A stretch of DNA of 64,000 nt from NCBI RefSeq assembly GCF_964204645.1, contig NW_027437461.1, positions 1-64,000 of the forward strand, in the 5' to 3' direction. The translations under genes and the position numbers were made by a program. Below, in pieces: positions 41,783 through 55,888 of the stretch; within the stretch, counting starts at the first letter, position 1; each line of letters begins with the position of its first letter. Under the pieces are notes generated by a model. The model saw nothing but the letters and a program-made list of their open reading frames with translations. It had not been told where the DNA came from and did not search any database. This DNA is from Tubulanus polymorphus (Eukaryota; Animalia; Nemertea).

Positions 41783-44059
41783 TTATTATACATATTTTTA
41801 TTAAAATTTGATTAACACGTTAGAATTCTTTTCATTATCTCGTTCTCTTTTGTTTCTTCTCTTTTAAATTTTAAGTATTCATCTAAATTACAACCATAAG
41901 CAACTGTATGAATTCCATCATCTAAAATATATCTTTTATCATCAAATGGGTTTAGACTTATCTTTTCAATTTCTTCAATAAACATTTCATGATCTTCAGA
42001 TCTTAAACATCTCATTTTATGTTTTCTAACTTCTTCATTGAATATACAATTGATGTAATCTTTGAAATGAATATTCTTTTCTACTACACTTTTGGTTATT
42101 CCTTTTAACTTTTTAGCTTCATGTTCTTTAGTTTTATATGAATACATTTTAGATCTAATACCTATGAACTCTATCATTTCTTCGCCACCTAATTCATCTT
42201 TGAATTTACCGGGAACTTTTTTATTATCATTGCTAAACAATTCATGATCTTTAGGATAATTACTGAAATCAAAATGATGTTTTAATGTTTTTAAATCATC
42301 AGTTATGTTATCAGTTTTTATCTTTAATATGTAACTGTCGGTATCAAAATATAATATTTCTATATGTTTTTCTCCAAAAGTGGTTGTAATACATTATAAT
42401 AGAATTCATACATTAGATATTTTGATAATTCTAAAACTGATGCGCCAACATAGATTGGTTTATTAAATTTCATTGATGTTCTTCTCATCTTAACTGCAGC
42501 TAAATTTTCATCAAATATTCTGTTACCAATGAACTTAGGATATGATTGTAAATGTCTAATTCTTTTACCATTACTGACTAACTCAATATCATTTCTATTT
42601 CTAATATTTTCACAAGTCTTACCATAGAATGCATTATTCATTAGTTTGAAGAAATCTTTCTCGAAATCAGTTTTAGCTTCAGTTCTCTGTTTGGTGTTAA
42701 AATCTATATATTTTTCTAACCACTTAGATTGACTGAATGAAATATATCTATGTACTTTTTTTAGGATCATTCCTTGTTTTAGATAAAACTTTAACATTCT
42801 ATAATGTACTACATAATTATATTTATCTTCCTGAGTTACCATTAACTTTTCTGTATGAATATGATTTTCAGGTTTAATTCTTTTTTGATAATTTGATAAT
42901 TCTTCATGTGTTACAGTTTTATGTTCGGGGCAGTATGCTAGATTTCTAGATTTAAATTTTTTATCTTCAGGATATTCTAAATCTACAACAAAGAAGTAAC
43001 CAGTATCTGAATCATCTGCAATATCTAGAATTCTTTTCTTCCAATCAAATTTATCATTATTTTCATTCTGTAAAACTTCAGTTAATTCAAATACTCCATA
43101 AGGTTGTGGTTCCATCATTGCCCAACCATACAAATTATTTGCATCTATATATAATAACTTATCCAGGGTTATCATTTACATTGAAATATCTATCACCTAA
43201 TACACCTGAAACTCCTCCTCTTATAGATTTTTCAAATAATAGTAATTGATCTATATTTGTTAACAAATCCATTTTTATATCTGTAAATTTTAATCCACAA
43301 TCCCATGTTAATACTGGTGATGAATAACAATGACATGGATTAATGTTAAAATATTTTAGGTTTACATCTCTAAACCTTTCGAATATATCGGTTAATAATA
43401 ATACATCTGATTTTAAATATATATCTACTAATTGCCCATGATTTTCTATTTTGAAATGATTCCAAATATTCAATGTTCTATTATAGACTTCATCTTTAAC
43501 ATATTCATTTTTTAATTCATCATAGAATTGTTCTTTCAATAATTCAGTTATGTTAAAATCATTATGATTTTTATAGAAAGAATATGGAATTGCTCCTTTA
43601 TATCTCATTAATTGAAAATCATCATTATTTGGGTAATATTCTTTTAATATCTTTAATTCATCATCAACTAATGATTTTGATAAGTTATCTAATGAACTAT
43701 TTAAAAATCTATATGAATCTATAAATCTTAAACACCCAAATTGGAATGATATATAATTCTCAGATGTTTTAGCTAACATTCTAAATTTATAAGTTGGTAT
43801 TTTATCTTTTGATCTATTTGAATTTAATCTGTCTATTTCATTATTAATTTCTTCTATTTTATGGCATAACTGTTTGATAAATAAATGTGCGTCATATCCT
43901 GATAGATTATGAAATATAACTGGTACAAAGTTAATTTTCTTAGCTTGTAAGTTACAATTCTCATGCGCAGCACCCCTAAACTTTCCATTCAAATGATTAT
44001 GGTCTCTTACTTTTTAGGGTTTCTGCTGCTTTCGCAGAAACCCTCTTGTAATTCTGTTG

Positions 44060-44101
<42 letters not shown>

Positions 44102-45386
44102 TTTCCCCTTTCCAGCCAAAAATTTTTCATAAAATGTAACTCCTCTCAGATTCGACTACTAGCAGCTTATAAACCTAATTTTCAATTATGAAAGAAATAT
44201 AACTCAGCGCCTGACCATTTCCAATTTGCGTATTATAATTGATTATGAATTAATCCCGCGTAATTATTTGGTCTAAACAGGAAATAAGAATGTCGCAAGA
44301 ATCATCATCCATTGATAAATGTACATCGTGAAAAGCCTGCAAATTACCCGACGACCTTGAGCTTCAAAATAAATCACGGATTCGGATTTATAAATCGGGG
44401 TTCGACCTACGACATCCATTCAATGTTTTCAGATTTCGTGCGCATGCGTCAATTTAGCTCGGACGCCATTTTCTTTATTTTACAACGTGCGACGCCACTC
44501 TACGTTACTTGCATTTTTACGACTTTGTTGTGTGTTTCTGTGACCAATCTTCAGAGAGGTATGTATATATAACGGTTAGGCCTAATATGATGTATTTTTC
44601 CACGTAATCTGACGACTGGTATTAAAAGCCGACCGGAATTCGTCTTGATCCGCGTGTTGTGGTAGCAGTCGGGTCTGGTTGGTGTGAGATCGATATCGAA
44701 TCCCGCATGACTTACGCATAGAAGTAGCTTTTAAAAGGCCAAATTTGGGCTAGGTGTTAAGGTTGACCCAATGCGTATGATTTAATAATAGTGTTTGTGG
44801 TATGGGTAGAAAATATTTAGGCCTATATAGACAGCAGCTTAAATATTGAATAATGGGATTTGAACTGCACTAGTGTGTGTGTGTCTGTGTGCGAGAGCAG
44901 GGAGCACTCCATCTCCCTGACCCTGTGACTTATGATTAAGCCACCCGATTCTGCTGAATGCGAACAAGTCATCAGGTTTTCGTGAATGTGAATAAATACT
45001 ATAAGAAGGGACTGCCAATTTTAATGAACACAGAAATATCTTAATTGAAATCGTATGTCAGCTAATTTCAAATTGAAGGCCTATTATACATAAATTACAG
45101 TACACTCCGCCCACTCATGTCAGACCATTTGGGAGTGTAAAAATGTATCCTGCTTTCTGGATCTGATTCAAGCTTAAGTCTACTGTTTGTATATTCAATC
45201 TACCTAGGCCCATAGGCCTAATTGTGCCTGCCTAATTATTGGGGAAATCGACAATGTCAGGTTCTTGAATTTCTCGACTGATGGCGCTAGTTAGAACTGG
45301 ATATTGGTACCTAAATCTGCCATGTTCTAGTTTATTTGCAATAAAAATCTGGCCTCTCAATTTTTTAGTAGGCAGTAGTTATTTTA

Positions 45387-45781
45387 CTGGATCTGGTCAC
45401 TGACTTCTGAACGCTATTTTGCAAAATATTGTCTCTAAATTGGCTGATTTACTACGCACATGCGCAAAGAGGTGCGCGGCTTAGATAATTGGAAGGAAGT
45501 GTGGAGAACAGAGTTTACCCGGACCAGTGAATTACTAGCCTAGCGTCTTCCTATTAGATCACAGAGCTCATTGAAAACCATCCGAATGTTTTAGCTACAT
45601 TTAGCCTCACCTAACCCTAACCCTATCCCTACTTGTGAAATCGAACCCTGTGGACCCTCTTCTCACCCTCTTGACACTAACCCTATCCAAACCCTTACCC
45701 TAAACCCAATAAAATGATTTAATTGTTACATAATAATTGGATTTGGCAAAATAGCGTTCAGAAGTCGGTGACCGGATCCAG
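45387..45781. mobile_element. MITE with ~36-bp TIRs and internal CCCTAA-like repeats
   Basis: CTGGATCTGGTCACTGACTTCTGAACGCTATTTTGC ... GCAAAATAGCGTTCAGAAGTCGGTGACCGGATCCAG. Confidence 0.75.
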
Positions 45782-46654
45782 GTTAAATATGCACTTCCTT
45801 TTTAGTAAGTGTATTTTACGTACATACATCATCACGTTTAATCCTTTAAGTATGATATCCTGGAAATCTGTTAGATTGGACAAAACGTCAAAAATTTTCC
45901 AAAAATCACAAATTTAGTGAAAAAAAATGCTCATTAAAAACTTGAAGCGAGAGATCTTTATTGCAAATCAACAAAACAAGGTGGATTTAGGTTCCAATTT
46001 CCGGTTCTGACTAGTGCCATCATACGAGTAATTCCAGAACTTGAATTTGTTGATATTTGTATTGGCATCATTCCTTTTCTAAAACGGAACCTGACGACCA
46101 ATTATTCAATTTCCTATTTATTTATTTTTTTAAACAAGACTCATCATGCAGGTATTCCCCGCAACAACAGGTTTCAGAGGGAAGACCACCCTTTTATTTT
46201 TGTTTCAACCCATCTTAAAATGAGCCACCAATCGGTAATCGGGCGAACCATAATAGTGTTCACTGCCTGTTTTAATACTCGTCGTTGCACATTTGTTCAG
46301 GATACTACGTCTAGCCTATGTGGGTTATAGGGTTTATTCCAAAAGTTTGCAAACAAAATCCAGTTAATTTGTTTAGTTTTGGAGACATTTTTGATGCATT
46401 GTTTTCAACACATTTTATTCAATTTTCTTCCAATCTTGCCATCAACCAAACCCAGCGGAGCTATCACAGCTGACAGGCTGCTTGTTCAACACACCATACC
46501 TATTTGTAGCAGGTGTCACCTATTGTTTCGAAATTTTAGAGAAAGTTCCTACAGGCTGATTAATAATGCTGTGATAATGTTTCTTTTGTGATAGGTCACA
46601 TACTTGATACTTGTTGATACTTGAAATAGGATATTGATCAGTACATTACTCATC

Positions 46655-49189
46655 ATGCCTAAAAGGAAAAGAAGAGCTGGTAGCTTTCAGCCGAAGAAGG
46701 TAAGACCCTCTTTTCATAGGCAAATGTTAATCTTCTAGTAAGAAGTATGTAGGCCTTTTTTCCGAGTAAAAAATTCATTAAACTGTTCATCACATGTGTT
46801 AGCTGCGCAATATTTTGGTGCCTGATTTTGGTATTTTATCAGAAAAAACCATATCAGTAAATCATAAACCAGTTGCTTAGAGGGTGTGTAACTGACCAGT
46901 GTCGTATCATCCCTGGTTCTTGTTGAGATAATTATAAGCTATTGAATTGAATTGAACTCATTAGAAAATTCTACGAACGTATAGTGAATGAATTTTTTTT
47001 CTATTTTCAGAAGGTGGAGGTGGTTGGAGTTCCCTCAGCCCTAACTGGACAAAACAGAGAGATGAAAAAAGGATCAATGGAAAAAAATTATGAAAAATCT
47101 CAAGATGAAGACTACAGAAGAGTTGAAAATGAAATCTTAAATGAAAACCTAAAAAACGCTCAAAATGAAAACTTTAACGAAACGCAAAAAGAAAACTCTG
47201 ATAACAATCAAAACAAGAAGTATGAAGTGAAAATCAATGAAAACTTTGAACCAAAAACTAATGAGAACTATGAATTGAATGCAAATGAAAAAGATGAAAT
47301 GAAAATGACTGAAAAACATGGAATGAAAATGAATGAAAAATATGAAATGCATATGAATGGAAACTATGATTTGAAAACAAATGAAAAAGATGAAATGAAA
47401 ATGACTGAAAAACATGAAATGAATATTAATGAGATCTATGATCAGACTATGAATCAAAATTGTGGAACTAATTCGAATGAAGATATGACAAAAAACAAAG
47501 TTGAGACAATTGAAGTGAAATCAGTTTTTTGTGACTTCAATCATGACAACTGTGATACGATTATGCATGACAACTATGATAAGACTAAACAAGGCAACTA
47601 TGATAAGGCTATATATGGAATCTGTGAAAAGATTACACTTGACAACTGTGATAAGATTCAACATGATAACGCTGGTCACAATATACATGAAACCTCATCG
47701 AAAATGAAAGCTGACTCATCTATTCAACCAATTTCGAGTATGATTTCGTGTAGAGATTGTGATGGCAATTTTGGTAACAGTGAGTCATGTTTAAGTGCTG
47801 AGAATATGAGATGTTCATCAATTCATGGAAATTTCCACCAGGGTCATCCAAAATACGATATTCATTCAGGTAAGCAATGTAACAAATGCATTAGCTGCAA
47901 TGATTCATGCATCAAATAAAGCTGTAATAAACTGGATGCCTCATGATATTGATTCAGTATTGAATATTGGAAATGATTTATACGCAACATTGACTAATAT
48001 GAATACAATAACAAATATGTATTTATTGATCAGTGAGCTACCAACTGCTGTTGAGATTGGAAATTCCATTTATAATGTGACTGTTGGATCCCCTCAAGTT
48101 GCTATATCTGAATTATCTGATGAAATGAGAGCTGGAAATTTTGGAATTATCAGTGAACTACATGAATGTTTGCACAATAATCTGCTTAATTACGACACAT
48201 GCTTTATAACATTTGCTGGAAATACATTTTGTGTTTTAAAACAGGATGACATGTACTGGGTATTTGATTCACATTCGAGAGATGCATCAGGAATGATGAC
48301 CGCTGATGGACATGCTGTATTAGTAAGGTACTCTTGTGTTAATTGTATTGTCAAACATTGTCAGAATCTTGCAGCTTCAATGAATCAGAGGCAACCAATA
48401 CAGTATGAAATTACAGTGGCTTCTATCAACCATGAAATTGAAACTACTGTAGAGAATAGCATTATCGAAGCAACGACTACATACTCTCCAAACTACCAAC
48501 AAACAAGTAGTGAAGATGAACTGCCCTATACAAACCCAAAAGTAGATGAATGCGATGTAATTGTTACTAGTGAATCCGTGCAGCATGATGATTTAATTTA
48601 CAACCCACTAGAAAAAGGTCAGTGCAAAACATTATGCTCTATTCTAGGTATTCATTGTCGACCCTCAACTCTCGGATATGAATGTATGCCCAAATATGAT
48701 GGACAACTCTACTCTCCATGTAATACGCAGAAAATTAAAGGCGATGGAAGCTGTTTTTTTCGGGCAATTTCATATTCAATCTGTGGAACTGAGCAATATC
48801 ATCGGGCTATACGCACCGAAGTTTTAAAGCACATGCGGCAGAATTCCGACAAATTCCAACCACATCTGAGAAATCCACAACTTACTATAAATGAGTATAT
48901 TGATGAATCCCGTATGAAATATACAGGTACTTGGGTGACAGAGGTTGAAATTCTTGCAACAGCTGATTTACTGCATGCTGATATATATACATTTGTAGGC
49001 AATGGTTGGTTACGATTCGCTGGTTCTACTTTCAGTGCACCAAATCGTGTGTGTGAATTAAATGGCAACATTTATTTGAAAAATTGCAGAGGTGTACACT
49101 ATGAAGTTGTGTCATGTGTGAAACAATCTGAGGAATGTATTTGCTCTTGGTGTGGCAAGCGACAAAATACTGAAAAAACTAATGAGTAA
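46655..49189 (+). pseudogene. Spliced Helentron gene: NLS, low-complexity region, herpes-tegument-type (C76-like) deubiquitinase and OTU protease
   Basis: Exon 1 46655-46699 (MPKRKRRAGSFQPKK), GTAAGA...TTTTCAG phase-0 intron, exon 2 from 47011. GNFHQG...GKQC/NALAA...FDSHSRD; OTU GDGSCFFRAIS...W...HYEVV. Frameshift at ~47880. Confidence 0.8.
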
Positions 49190-52100
49190 ATACAGTTTAT
49201 AAACTGTATTTACTCATTAGAAAATGAGGTTTTTAATGTTATCGCTTTTATGGTTATTCAGGCAGATTTGTTTATAGGGGAGTTGTGTGCTGGTGCAAAT
49301 GCAGTAAATGTTTCGATTATCAGAGTCTCCTATTTGGATGGGTTTTGTAATGTTATAATATGATAATGTCACAAGTTGGTAATAGGTTTATGTTGTTTAA
49401 TTCTGTCCACTTGTACACATTTGAATTTCGATGTTGTTTGCTTATCATGACACATGTGTAGGAGGTTATGGTACTGGGTTGTGTAAATGTGTATGGGAGG
49501 TTATAATATTTCGTTCTGTAGAGTCTCCTCTGCGAATATATGTCAGAGGGTGACGCGTATTAATGAAGCAGGGTGTTGTGTAGTGGTGTGTATGTAGTGT
49601 ATGTTTTGATTTCGATATGTGGAAACATCTATGTGGATGTATATAGGAGGGTCAGGTGTGTTACAATAGTGGGGTTTTGTATATACAGGCATGTGTAGTT
49701 ATGATTTTAATTTTATGTGACCTTTATGTGAATTCATTTATGAGTGACAGGGTTTATATTTTAGTGTTTTTGAAGATTGTGTGACAATAGTAAATGGGTA
49801 AATTGATGTACCTAGTTTCTAGGGAATGAAACAGTGTGTATTTGGAATTGATATGTTGTTAAGTAACAGTGGTATAAGCTGGGGAAAGTATGTAGATAGT
49901 TGTAATGGGGCATGAATGATATTTGACATTGTGATTGATATGTAGCAATGTAACAGTAAGATATGGTGGTGGATGTATATATCTAGCTGTCATGGGGATG
50001 AAGCAGTCACTGTGTGGAATGGATGTGTTGGAATGTAACAGCTATGTACAGTGTACAAAATGAGTATTATTTCATGCTGGGGGATATTGATGCGTTGTTG
50101 CCATAGGTTTTGATGTGATAACACTGTACATATATTACCACCATTAATATTACTAAACACATATGTACAGTCTTATGAATGATTATGTATGGAACTGTAT
50201 GAAGGATTGTATTGAATATATAGGAAATGGTAATTGATCATGTAGCAATCATTTGTGGCGATGTATGTATTTTGTATTGTGCAGTGAGATAGTATTCAGA
50301 AATGTTTGTAATCAATGTTGTGGGATGAAATATAAATAAAAGGTGGATGGTATGATGATATGTGTTGTGTATAATTATTGTTTCCAAATTTGGTGCTTAT
50401 CCCCATATGCTTGGCCAAGTTCTGATGTCATTTACTACATTGTCCCTGGCAAGGATTTGAGCTTGATGGCATGGCGACTGCCACAGTACAATGGGGTTCC
50501 TGCAGTGCTGCTGTGGCAATTGAGGATTCCACTCATAGCTAGTGACAATCCGCCAGGTTGCTAGTAAGTAGTTCGTCATTCGCCAGTGCGACATATGAAA
50601 GTTAGGCAGAAACCCGTTATCGCTGCTATGCAGCTATATTTTATCTTTATAATTAAATATCTTTTCACAATAATAACATTTATCTGCAAACGCAAATTCT
50701 TCTTTATCTTCTTCTGTCATTATAATTTCTATATTTGTATTCAATAATTTACTAAATCTTATTTCATATTCAATTAATAAGTCACAAAAATGATTTATAA
50801 CATTTTCATTTCTATAATTATGATATTCACTTTCAATTAGTTCTGGATAATCAGATTTAATATATAACCCGAAAGCCGCAGCTGATTGATGAATCTTTTT
50901 AATAGTATTTGTTTTTGGTGGTTCTTCAGAATAATCATTTTCATTAGAATTTAATTTCTTTCTCTTATAATATATTTCTTTTCTATCTTGATCAGTTAAT
51001 TCTTTATTTAATGATTCAAAATCTCCATATATAACAAATGGAACTTTATTTTTGTAATCATATTTTTTGAATTCCAATATTTTATCTTTTTCATTTGGTA
51101 AAACTAATTTACAATAATCATGATTTTCACATAATTGTTTATGATTTAATAATGCACTTTCATTACTGAATCTATGTAAACATTTTCTACAAAGATATAT
51201 TTTATTATCAAAATCATTTTCTGATTTAAAATAAATCAATTCTTTTAATCCACATATAATGATTTTCATAATATAATATATCTATAACATCGTTTGAATC
51301 GTAATCTTTTGATAGGTATAAAGGTTCTAATGTATAATGTTTTATATTGTTACCTTTTGTATTTGGTAATTTGATTAACTCAAATACATTTATTCTTAAA
51401 TTATTATCTCTTTCTATTTTTGGGATGTTTTTAATTATAACAGGATACTTATCTATCTTATAATTATTTTCAAATGGTTTATAATGAATTAATCTAAAAC
51501 TATGTGTAATATCTTCTGTTGGATGTAAACAACTTATTATAGCCCATAGAAAACATTTATCATCAAAATTTTGTACATTTATTACAGCATTAGTTTAAAT
51601 GGTAGTTTAATATAACTCCATGCTTCAATATCTGGTTCTTTATAATATAATACATTATTTTCATCAATTGGTTTTGATTTAGTTAACTTATTATATTTTG
51701 TGTTATAAACATGTAAAGTCATAAATATTATTTCATCAAATATTAAACCTGATCCTTCAAAATATTTCTCTCCTATCTTAGTTGTTACTTCATTATAACA
51801 TTTATCTAATTTATCATCTATATGTTGTTTAGATATAATATGTTGTGAATGAGAATTTATATTATATATTGGTTTATCTTCAGATTTTATAAACTTAATT
51901 ACTATAAATTAATATACTAATTTTAGGATATTAAACATCTGTAATTATTTTTATTATTTCTTTCATATTTTCTAAATGTTTTTTATTTTCTTCTAATGTT
52001 TTTCCTTTATGAAATTTAAACTCAATAGCTGCTGGACCAATATCACTTTTAAATGCTTCGGTTATCTCTATATCTTTTTTATTATCTAATGAATTAATAT

Positions 52101-52362
52101 AATTTCTTACATCTTCCATGTATGGTCTTTTATTGTTTAATTTATTTCTTATTCTTTTAATTGTCTTCTGTTTCTTATCATTATCTTCATCAAAATAATC
52201 TTCACCTAAAATATCATTATTCTTATTTCTAATATGACTTTTAGATTTTAAATGTTCTTTATAATATCTTTTATCACTGAATGATTGATTACATGTATCA
52301 CATTTGTATGTTTCTTTTTCATTCTTTAATTCATCTAATTTAGTTTCTAATATATCATCTTT

Positions 52363-52817
52363 ATATTCTAGTTTCAATTTATTCTCTAAATGTGTTTTAG
52401 TTTTATTGTGTCTTGCTTTTTGGGATTTATCTATATTGATATTACATGTTGGACAGTAGTACTTATTTGCTTCCATTTTAATACTAAATTTTTTATTAAA
52501 ATTGATTTTAGAAGTTATTCATTTATATTTTATTCATATATATGAATATTTTAAGAGTAATAGGGAAAAATCTTGTTTCATATCAAAGGTTGAAAGGGCT
52601 AGTGAGTAAAAAATGAAAAATATGAAAATAATAATAATTTCTATTTGAATTAGGAGTGAAACTCATATAAAATGAAAAATAAATTCGAGTGTGCGAGAAT
52701 TATTTTTCATTTTATATGAGTTTCGCTACTAATTCAAATAGAAATTGTTATTATTTTCATATTTTTCATTTTTTATGAGCTCGACCTTTCGAATGAAACA
52801 AGATATTCCCTATTACT
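52363..52817. repeat. Right TIR of copy 2, with terminal palindrome 52556-52817
   Basis: Reverse complement of 26981-27442, with an 8-nt deletion near the end. Confidence 0.92.
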
Positions 52818-52970
52818 AGCAACATTACCAAAAACCAAAAATGAATTTTGACATTAGGAATCAAAAACCCACCCCTTTACCATCTAGGATCTCACTGGAA
52901 ATTAAAGATTGGTGGCGAGGAGAGGGTTAAAAAAATATCAGTGTCGATATTTTCCCTGCCAAGGGGAGGA

Positions 52971-53465
52971 TGTAACCGGGCTGGTTCGTTCCGGTTGTAT
53001 ATCCTACGGTGCTGCCGCCTTGCCACGTATTTAGGAGGTGTAAAAAGCAGTTTCTCGCAGCAACTGTGTCATTCTTTGGTTGTTGCTTGTCAGGCGACTT
53101 CCGTGTTGCTTAAATAAACATTTTATATCGTTTATTCTGTTTCTGCAGGTATGTAAGAAAACTGTTTTTTGTAAGAGAACAATATGTGTAAAGTTATGAA
53201 ACTCTTTAAGGTGTTTTTAATGAAATGTGTAAAATGTTTGAAGTTGGTCATTCTTTGGTTGTTGCTTGTCAGGCGACTTCCGTGTTGCTTAAATAAACAT
53301 TTTATATCGTTTATTCTGTTGCTGCAGTTTGTTTATCCATTTGTGAGTTTGGAACTCTGGTTGTCTCCAGCTGTATGCCCTCTGATGTAGAGTTCCCCAG
53401 GACTCCAACAAGTGATTCGAGGACCCTTCGACGTCGATTAGAACCAGGGAAATCGTCCGGTCACA
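52971..53465. mobile_element. Possible solo LTR with an internal ~80-bp direct repeat
   Basis: TGTAACCGG...CCGGTCACA ends, AATAAA, duplicated segment at ~53067 and ~53247; no TSD found. Confidence 0.35.
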
Positions 53466-55826
53466 AAAATATTGATAAATCTTGACCCAAATTTTTTTTA
53501 CCTATCGAAGGGAAAGTTTTGGGGGGTTTGTTTGCTACCTACCCCTCAGTACGGGCCTGCGATTGGCGGCTGTAAGCACCAAAGGCTCAAAAGAAATGAT
53601 CTGCCAGACAGTCAGTAGATGAGAAAACAAGTTGAAACCAAATTTACCCCTGGGGATGGGCCTGGTTTCTAATCCGCCAAACGCCCCTAGATTAGTCCTT
53701 GATATTGTTCTGGTGACGTCTGGATCAGTGACATGGTGATATTCTTAGTCTCAGTAGGGCAATGGCAATATCCTATAGAGGTATTTTACCGTAAGGAATT
53801 AGAAGAATAGTGGTACTATAATCAAATAAACTTCAGGGGGGTGCTCTGCGGGTGCAGCACCCCCTTCTATCATACGCCGATACGATGGTCATAAAGATGT
53901 GCCCCAGCTTTAGAGTCATTAATTTTCCGATGCCGACATTCTTCCTGCATCTAAAGCCCGCCGTACGCCTTTGTGATTCATTGTACGATCCCTCTTTGAC
54001 CAGATACAAAATCTAGGTTTATTGTATTATCGTAAAGGTACACTGTGACTTCTGAGCCGACCGCATGTTTCATATTTTTGCATGCAATTTTTCCGCGCAA
54101 AAATAATCGTAAATGTGCGCGGGCTCAATATACTACGTTGTGGATATTTTGACCGAAAGCCATTCAGAATTCACGATGAAGCAGTTGTCATTTGGGCTAA
54201 TAGAGGACCCAATAGATGGTACCTGTCTTGTAATTTGAGGTGCAATCTCCAGTACAGCAGGGCATACCAGATGATATCTGTAACGATCTTCGCTTAGCTA
54301 ATTTTTTCGTGCCCATTTCATTCATTTTCTCACGCTGTTGCCTGACATACGGGTATCAAAATTAAAATTTAATTTGTGGCTGTCTTGCTAGCGCTTTGAG
54401 ACGACCTGGGGATCCATGACAGACCTATACTTTTTCCGTTTGTGCTTCTCCTTGTTTCCCTGTATATGACATCTCCAGGATATTTCAAAATGTATATGGA
54501 TGGCTCAAAACGCATATCGGGGGCAAAATTTAAAAAGATCCCACCCTCGGTATGAGTCCCGCTCGCGCTTTCACAATGACAGCACCCCCTTCTACGAAAT
54601 CCTGGATCAGCGCCTGTAAACATTTATCCATGTACACTGTAGATAATTGAAGAAATACCACAATTTCTGATTTTATATGACACTAGTTTGCCATCTATGG
54701 GGAATCAGAACTAGGCATCAGAATAGAACCTAATCATGAGTCACATACCGGGTATTCAAAAATACCACAGACGCAGATCCAGGTACACTGTCGAGGGTAG
54801 CACAACTTATAACAAGAGCCCCAAGGAGCACTGTGGCCAGCCTTCATGATGCATTCTGTGGGTTAAATATGTCAAAATACACTACCAGCTCAGTCAATAT
54901 CTTAAGTATCTTAAGTAGCCAATATTATAAGTATCTTAAGTAGCACAGACAGCGACTGGATCTGGCAGGAACAAATACCTCAGATAAATCTTTTCCCTTG
55001 GTCTTATTGATTTTAATGCGGAACAGAATTGAATGGCCATTCTGAAATTTTGAAAATCTGCTTTTTGCTGCAATTTCCAAGCAATTAAAGTCCTGACACA
55101 ACGTGCTTTCCAGCAAATTAACAGCATTGAGATGTAGTTTCCAGGTAATAAAGACAAAATCTTGAAGAATAATGTGCTCTTGTTTAAAATTATCTACTTC
55201 GTCCTATAAAAAAGTGTCCTTTTCTAGTTTGGGCATTAAAAAAAGCACGTTTTTTGCGACGGTAGCACATGCCTACGGTGCTACCATCTGAATCTGCGCC
55301 TGCTCTGAAAATGCTAGTTCTCGTCATAACTTGATTCCTTTTACAAGTGAAAAGTGAATGCATTAGTTGCTGGTGAGCTAATTAACTTAAAACACATTAT
55401 AGTGTTGAACAACAAAACTATTTTTAAGCAATCTAGATACAGGGGGTAGCTTATGTATTTTTCACCAGTTAATTTTGGCTGATTCAATTAGATAAGAGGT
55501 ACATATTTTAATCAAGACAAACACTAGTAGGAAGAGGAAAACAAAATCTCTTTATATTCCAGATTATTTATGGAGCATAGATATTTAACACATAGAAGCA
55601 ATTATCAATTAAAAACACGAAATAATTTCATGCATTAGATAGATGATTGGTAAATGTCACATTTGGACATGTCACATGTATTCATTTAAAATTCATGGAA
55701 CAGACATACACCTTCAAGCTATCATATATTAAAGAAGTTACAATTAATTAAATGTCTATTTGTCATTTTAGGTATAACTGAAATCAATTTGAAACATCAT
55801 TGCTGTGGTCATCACACTTTCGCTGC

Positions 55827-55888
55827 TTAAACGGAAGTCAATAGCTCTTGGAGAAATTTGTCTGGATTTGGAATTTCCTCGAGCAAAC
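55827..55888 (-). CDS. Putative terminal coding exon of a host gene
   Basis: Acceptor CTTTCATTCCAG then (C)LLEEIPNPDKFLQELLTSV*; phase-compatible with exon 63576-63672. Confidence 0.35.

Larger units (their letters stand above)
44016..50638 (+). mobile_element. Helentron derivative (6.6 kb) inserted in a T-run of pPolB
   Basis: Same subterminal inverted repeats, (TTA)n and 3' stem-loop as 23904-26130. pPolB sequence resumes exactly on both sides with no conventional TSD. Carries a deubiquitinase gene. Confidence 0.85.
41812..52476 (-). pseudogene. polB: pPolB, copy 2: intein-free, frameshifted, split by a Helentron insertion
   Basis: Fragments 51931-52476 (two C2H2 fingers), 50634-51269, 43159-43992, 42360-43175, 41812-42240; uninterrupted YFDTDS at 42334-42351. 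Confidence 0.93.
26981..52817 (-). mobile_element. Polinton/Maverick copy 2, complete but decayed, inverted relative to copy 1
   Basis: AGTAATAGGG...CCCTATTACT ends; 6-bp TSD AGCAAC at 26975-26980 and 52818-52823; ~460-bp TIRs; full ortholog set. Confidence 0.96.

Noticed and set aside
45605-45710. Telomeric repeat tract
   Set aside because: Short degenerate CCCTAA units inside a TIR-bounded MITE.
26981-52817. Copy 2 as an inverted segmental duplication or assembly echo of copy 1
   Set aside because: It has its own TSD, different flanks, different terminal palindromes, no intein and distinct variable modules.
52848-55157. Short ORFs of 60-90 aa here and in 19771-26955
   Set aside because: No motifs, mostly alternative starts, located in repeat-derived DNA.
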